A stretch of DNA of 38,583 nt from an uncultured Rhodobacterales bacterium (GTDB lineage: Bacteria; Pseudomonadota; Alphaproteobacteria; Rhodospirillales; Rhodospirillaceae), in assembly GCA_964521375.1 (NCBI GenBank), contig CAZFRK010000001.1, positions 1-38,583 of the forward strand. Reading direction: 5' to 3'. Both the position numbers and the translations under genes were made by a program. Position 1 is the first letter of the stretch; each line of letters opens with the position of its first letter. Below, piece after piece: positions 34,776-38,583 of the stretch. The notes under the pieces were generated by a model. That model searched no databases. It was not told the origin of the DNA and saw only the letters and a program-made list of their open reading frames with translations.

Positions 34776-35618
34776 TCAGGCCGCCGCTCCATCCATCGCC
34801 GCCAGCCCCAGAACCTCCCGCGCTTCCGACGGAGAAGCCGGATGGACCCCGTAGGAGGCGCAGAGGGCCACGGCCCGCGCGACGAGTTGGGCGTTGCTCT
34901 CGGCCAGCGTATCACGGCTCAGCCGCACGTTGTCTTCCAAACCGGTGCGCAGATGGCCGCCGTTGTAGAGCGACCAGTCCATGACCGGTTCCTGGAACCG
35001 CCCGATTCCGGAAATGGTGAAGGTGGCGCGCGGGCAGATCTCGTGCAGTTCGGAAATCAGGAATTCGGCCATGGGCCGCTTGGCGGGCAGGGCCGCGCCC
35101 AGGCCCAGGACGAACAGGACATGCGCCGACCCGGCGATCAGGCCGCTGTCGGCCAGCGCCTTGGCGTTATAAAGCATGGACAGGTCGAACACCTCGATCT
35201 CGGGCTTGATGCCGAGATCCCGCATGGCGCGGGCCAGGTCCTCGATCAGGGCGGGCGGGTTCTGGTAGACGTGGGTCGGAAAGTTGACCGAGCCGGTGGC
35301 CAGGGACGCCATGTCCGGCTTCAGGTCCAGCATGGCCCGGCGGTCGTCGGCCAGCCCCACGCCCCCGGTGGAGAGCTGGACCACCATGCCCGGACAATGC
35401 TTGCGCACCCCCTCCATCACCTCGCCGTAGCGTTCGACGGCGTAGGTCGGCTTGCCCGCGTCGTCGCGGACATGGATGTGGACCACCGAGGCGCCCGCCT
35501 CGAAGGCGGCATGCGTGCTTTCGATCTGTTCCTGGGGCGTGATCGGTACCGCCGGATTGTCGCGCTTGCTGGGGCGCGACCCGGTGATGGCGCAGGTGAT
35601 GATGACGGGGCGGCTCAT
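34776..35618 (-). CDS. BKACE-family enzyme (3-keto-5-aminohexanoate cleavage enzyme-like, DUF849)
   Basis: ATG 35618 with GGAGA upstream. Family hallmark blocks PVIITCAITG, ASVVHIHVRD and RTGLEDN. Confidence 0.88.
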   Translation of the reverse strand: MSRPVIITCAITGSRPSKRDNPAVPITPQEQIESTHAAFEAGASVVHIHVRDDAGKPTYAVERYGEVMEGVRKHCPGMVVQLSTGGVGLADDRRAMLDLKPDMASLATGSVNFPTHVYQNPPALIEDLARAMRDLGIKPEIEVFDLSMLYNAKALADSGLIAGSAHVLFVLGLGAALPAKRPMAEFLISELHEICPRATFTISGIGRFQEPVMDWSLYNGGHLRTGLEDNVRLSRDTLAESNAQLVARAVALCASYGVHPASPSEAREVLGLAAMDGAAA

Positions 35619-35944
35619 GGGTGGTCTCCGCTCGGCCCGCCGCGTGACCGTCCGGGCGGGATGGCGGACGGCGACGTCGCCGCTGTCGGCCCGCGGCGCG
35701 GCGCTCCGTCTCCGGCGCACGCGGCGGTTCCCGTCGCGGCTCCGCGCGGTCCGCGTCCGGACCCCTCTTGCCCTCTTGTCACGTCGACTGCCCGTTGAAT
35801 TTCCCTTGGCCCGGAACCATTGGGTCAGGGGTCCACCGGCAAGTCAACTCCTAGCGCGCGATTCCGTCGGAATTTCAAAAGATTGCCGCAGCGTCCCCCT
35901 GGACTTGGCGGAAGGTCTCGACGGCGCCGCGACGGCTGCCTACC

Positions 35945-36313
35945 ATGCCGCCGAAAGCCATGGAACGGAGTCAGGCCATGAGTGACCAAGACATGAGTGA
36001 CGAAGAAATGAACGAGGATGTGGTCGGCGTCGCCCTGTCGGTGGAGGGAAAGGACGGCGAGGAAGAGATGATCGCCGTGCCCATCCGTCCCCCCGCCAAC
36101 GCGGAAGCGGTGATGGATCTGATCGCCGGCCTGGACGAGGTCATGGCCGAGCATGACCCGAACAACCAGGACGCCGTCATGGCCGCCCTGCTGCTGGCCA
36201 TGGGCAATGCCCTGCGTCAGGCGCCGGACTGGCCCATGAAGGCGCGGCTCGAGTCGTTCGGGCGCTTCGTCGAGGGCGTGGTCGAGGACGCCATCGCCCA
36301 GTTGGAGGAGTGA
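35945..36313 (+). CDS. Small acidic hypothetical protein
   Basis: Asp/Glu-rich N-terminus (MSDQDMSDEEMNED) with consistent third-position GC. No family recognised, and the start is uncertain. Confidence 0.5.
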   Translation: MPPKAMERSQAMSDQDMSDEEMNEDVVGVALSVEGKDGEEEMIAVPIRPPANAEAVMDLIAGLDEVMAEHDPNNQDAVMAALLLAMGNALRQAPDWPMKARLESFGRFVEGVVEDAIAQLEE

Positions 36314-36457
36314 CGGCTCCGGCGGCGCCGTCCGCCGTCCACGTCCTGCAATCCTGCTGCCCCGCCCCGCCCGCCTGGATGGCGCGCTGTCTGGCGTCGG
36401 TGCGCCGGGACGGCGGGCCATGCCTATCGGTTCCTGGACGACGGCGCCTTCTTCGCC

Positions 36458-37120
36458 ATGGCGCCGGACTGGGCCTGGGCCAAGGCGGGCGGACGGGCGC
36501 AGATGGTCGCAGACCTTGCCCGCCTGACCTGGATGCGGAAGATCGTCGCCGAGGGCGGCACGGCGGTATGGCTGGACGCCGACACCTTCGTCTTCGCGCC
36601 CCTGTCCCTGCCGGAGGCGGACTTCGCCTGCGGACGTGAGGTCTGGATCCAGCCCGGCAAGACCGGGAGACCCGTAAGACCTGGAAAACCGACAGGCGGC
36701 CTGAGCGTCCGGCGCGGGCCGCACAACGCGGCGATGATCGCCCGCCCCGGCAACCGGGTCCTCGATTTCCTGAGCCTCTGCGCCGACAGCGTCCTCCGCG
36801 GGGTGGAGGCGGGCATGGGACCGCCGCAACTGACCGGCCCGAAGCTCCTGGCCGCCTTGGACCCCCTGGCCGACTTCCCGGCCTGGGACGCCTGCGGTGC
36901 CCTGTCGCCGCTGGTGCTGGCGGATCTGGCGGCGGGCGGCGGCCCGGCCCTCGACCGCTTCCGCGCCGAAAGCCCGCCCCTGGCCGCCGCCAATCTCTGC
37001 GCCAGCCTGGCCGACGACGAGTCCGTGACGCGGCGGGCCATGGCGGCGCTGGACGCGGGCGCCCTGGCGAGAGCAAATCCCGAGCGGACGGCCTCGTCCG
37101 CGACGACGTATTTGCTATAA
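36458..37120 (+). CDS. DXD-motif glycosyltransferase-like protein, possibly the 3' part of a frameshifted gene starting at 36310
   Basis: AVWLDADTFVF is a DXD motif. The adjacent-frame ORF 36310..36639 supplies a plausible N-terminus. See the corresponding finding. Confidence 0.55.
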   Translation: MAPDWAWAKAGGRAQMVADLARLTWMRKIVAEGGTAVWLDADTFVFAPLSLPEADFACGREVWIQPGKTGRPVRPGKPTGGLSVRRGPHNAAMIARPGNRVLDFLSLCADSVLRGVEAGMGPPQLTGPKLLAALDPLADFPAWDACGALSPLVLADLAAGGGPALDRFRAESPPLAAANLCASLADDESVTRRAMAALDAGALARANPERTASSATTYLL

Positions 37121-37150
37121 AAATAAAAGGATAGAGCGGGTTGCACGACC

Positions 37151-37663
37151 CTATGGGAGCGTAACCCGCTCAATCTCCCCTCGCTGCTTGTCCTGGCTCC
37201 GCTTGACCACGCTCACCCCCAGGACGCCCAGCGCCACCGCCCAGATGGGGCTGGTGTTGACCAGGGCGGCGATGATGGCCGGGGCCTGCCCGGGGGTCGC
37301 CACCACCGCCCAGGCGCAGGCGCCCATGGTGGCCAGCCACGCCAGCGCCACGGCATAGCCGAAGGTCGGGCGCCAGCGCCGCACATAGGCGTCGTCGGTC
37401 GTCACCTCGGCGCGGAAGGTGCGGTTGATCTGCCGCAGGGCGACGGCGTCCAGGGTGCCGTTCAGGTCCGCCATGCGTTCGGTATGGCGGTTGGCCTCGG
37501 CCACCTGGGCGGGGGTGATGGCCTGGCGCCCGACGGCCTCGTCGACGGCCTTCACCGCCGCCGCCGCGCTTCGGGCGATCGGATCGTCGATGGTCTCCAA
37601 CGCGCCGCCGACCGCCTTCACCAGCAGGGGCAGCCCGATCTGGGCGAGAAGCATGGGGATCAT
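37151..37663 (-). CDS. 3TM holin of the GTA-release type
   Basis: LRQINRTFRAEVTTDDAYVRRWRPTFGY, then hydrophobic segments. This is the IN..EA....WRP..G pattern of the 'holin of 3TMs for gene-transfer release' family. Confidence 0.72.
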   Translation of the reverse strand: MIPMLLAQIGLPLLVKAVGGALETIDDPIARSAAAAVKAVDEAVGRQAITPAQVAEANRHTERMADLNGTLDAVALRQINRTFRAEVTTDDAYVRRWRPTFGYAVALAWLATMGACAWAVVATPGQAPAIIAALVNTSPIWAVALGVLGVSVVKRSQDKQRGEIERVTLP

Positions 37664-37687
37664 GGCAGGGGACTCCCGCGGGTGGCG

Positions 37688-38140
37688 TCAGGCCACGGTG
37701 GAATAGAACAGATGGCCGCCGATCTCCGCCGAGGGCACATGGCTCCAGGCCCAGGGCGGATGGACGTGCCGCGCGTGGTAGTGGGTGGCCCCGCCGGTCG
37801 GATCGTCCAGCCGTCCGGCCACCGCCCGGCGGGCGACGCGCAGGCAGGTGGCGGAGGTCCCGCTCTCCGCCGTCACCGCCAGGAGGCGGGCGCGATTGGG
37901 ATCGCCCGGGTTCCAGCAGGAGAATTGCCATGGCTTCAGGCAGACGCCGACGATGTCGTCGCCCCACCACCAGCCGCCGTGGGCCTCGGCCTTGCGCACG
38001 CGGTTGAGGATCACGGCGGCGACGGCCTCCTTGCCGCGCACCGGCTCGCCCCGCGCCTCGCCGTAGAGCGTGCGGGCCAGGACCTCCACCGGGTTGGCGC
38101 GCAAGGCGTCGGAGATGGAGCGGCGGTCGTCGTGCCTCAT
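37688..38140 (-). CDS. SleB-type cell-wall hydrolase (Hydrolase_2 family), endolysin-like
   Basis: LARTLYGEARGEP...AVAAVILNR...PWQFSCWN...THYH are family-defining blocks. The ATG overlaps the upstream stop (ATGA). Confidence 0.88.
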   Translation of the reverse strand: MRHDDRRSISDALRANPVEVLARTLYGEARGEPVRGKEAVAAVILNRVRKAEAHGGWWWGDDIVGVCLKPWQFSCWNPGDPNRARLLAVTAESGTSATCLRVARRAVAGRLDDPTGGATHYHARHVHPPWAWSHVPSAEIGGHLFYSTVA

Positions 38141-38445
38141 GCCGCCCCTCCCGCCGCGCGGGCCGTGTCCAGCTTGTGCTCGATGCGGTCCAGGTGAGCC
38201 GTCAGGCGCTTCTCCACGTCCTTCATATAGGCGATGGAGGCATAGGACTTGGCGACCTCCAGCTTATAGGCGGCCAGGGCCTCGCGCAGTTGCGCGTGGG
38301 CGTGGTCGCAGGCGCGGCGATTGGTCTCGATCTCGGCGTCGGTGTCGCGCCGCCCGCGCCAGCCCATCCAGAATAGCCCGGCCAGCGCCGGAAGCTCGAC
38401 GGCGGTCGCCCACCACATGAGATCAATGCTCCAGGTCGTCGACAT
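38137..38445 (-). CDS. N-terminally membrane-anchored coiled-coil protein (i-spanin-like topology)
   Basis: AGGAGG lies 4 nt upstream of ATG 38445. One TM segment (LMWWATAVELPALAGLFWMGW) is followed by an amphipathic helical region. First gene of the three-gene lysis cluster. Confidence 0.6.
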   Translation of the reverse strand: MSTTWSIDLMWWATAVELPALAGLFWMGWRGRRDTDAEIETNRRACDHAHAQLREALAAYKLEVAKSYASIAYMKDVEKRLTAHLDRIEHKLDTARAAGGAA

Positions 38446-38583
38446 GGGGCCTCCTTTCTGTTTTCGCTTTACATGTTACGGATTTAGTTTTACCGACGAT
38501 CACGACGGACCGTCGGCGGGAGCGAAAACCGCTCTAGCAGGCTGCGGAAAAACCCTTCCGTCCGAGGCGGCGGCATGATTCGA

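Noticed and set aside
26435-37076. Numerous long antisense or alternative-frame ORFs in the right backbone, including 26435..27901, 27214..28557, 29885..31771, 32285..33775, 33718..34725, 34722..35798, 35825..36829 and 36177..37076
   Set aside because: Each overlaps a gene with clear family motifs on the other strand or frame. All show the Arg/Pro/Gly/Ala bias expected from off-frame translation of high-GC coding DNA.
38223-38426. Pro-rich ORF embedded in an alternative frame within the i-spanin-like gene, reminiscent of Rz1 embedded in Rz
   Set aside because: It starts MISCGG with no signal-peptide n/h regions before the Cys, so it is not a credible lipobox. Pro/Arg richness is expected from off-frame high-GC sequence.

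Overview
This window is a high-GC, probably alphaproteobacterial, chromosome segment interrupted by a complete 19.3-kb Tn7-like transposon. All domain calls below come from motifs I read in the translations. No HMM, BLAST or structure search was possible.

The left backbone carries guaB (5' part), arfB, an MFS transporter, an AraC regulator, rlmE, ppx and tRNA-Gln(CTG).

The transposon spans 6387..25678 and sits 62 bp downstream of tRNA-Gln.
- It has TGT...ACA termini and four CAGTT-N5-TGGCC repeats at each end.
- It is flanked by a perfect 5-bp target-site duplication (GTTCG).
- It encodes tniQ-tnsA-tnsB-tnsC in the middle, with cargo on both sides.

Cargo on the tRNA side:
- a TIR-domain protein with a Gly/Ser/Tyr-rich N-terminus
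- a small HAD-like protein
- a class-II Fic protein

Cargo on the far side has visibly lower GC and contains the most interesting object in the window.
- It is a tightly coupled five-gene minus-strand operon: PRTase-like protein, 635-aa P-loop NTPase, 385-aa unknown protein, SIS-SIS-HAD fusion, PfkB kinase.
- A convergent NADAR gene overlaps its 3' end, and an XRE regulator lies divergent to the NADAR gene.
- I cannot match this composition to any named defence, toxin-antitoxin or metabolic system.
- I propose it as an undescribed nucleotide/phosphosugar-centred conflict module.

The right backbone carries a receiver / Cache-type histidine kinase / REC-EAL / PAS histidine kinase cluster, a CbpA-like J-protein, an M48 protease, a tandem Usp, a BKACE enzyme and a possibly frameshifted DXD glycosyltransferase-like gene. 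It ends with an orphan GTA-style lysis cassette (membrane coiled-coil protein, SleB-type hydrolase, 3TM holin).
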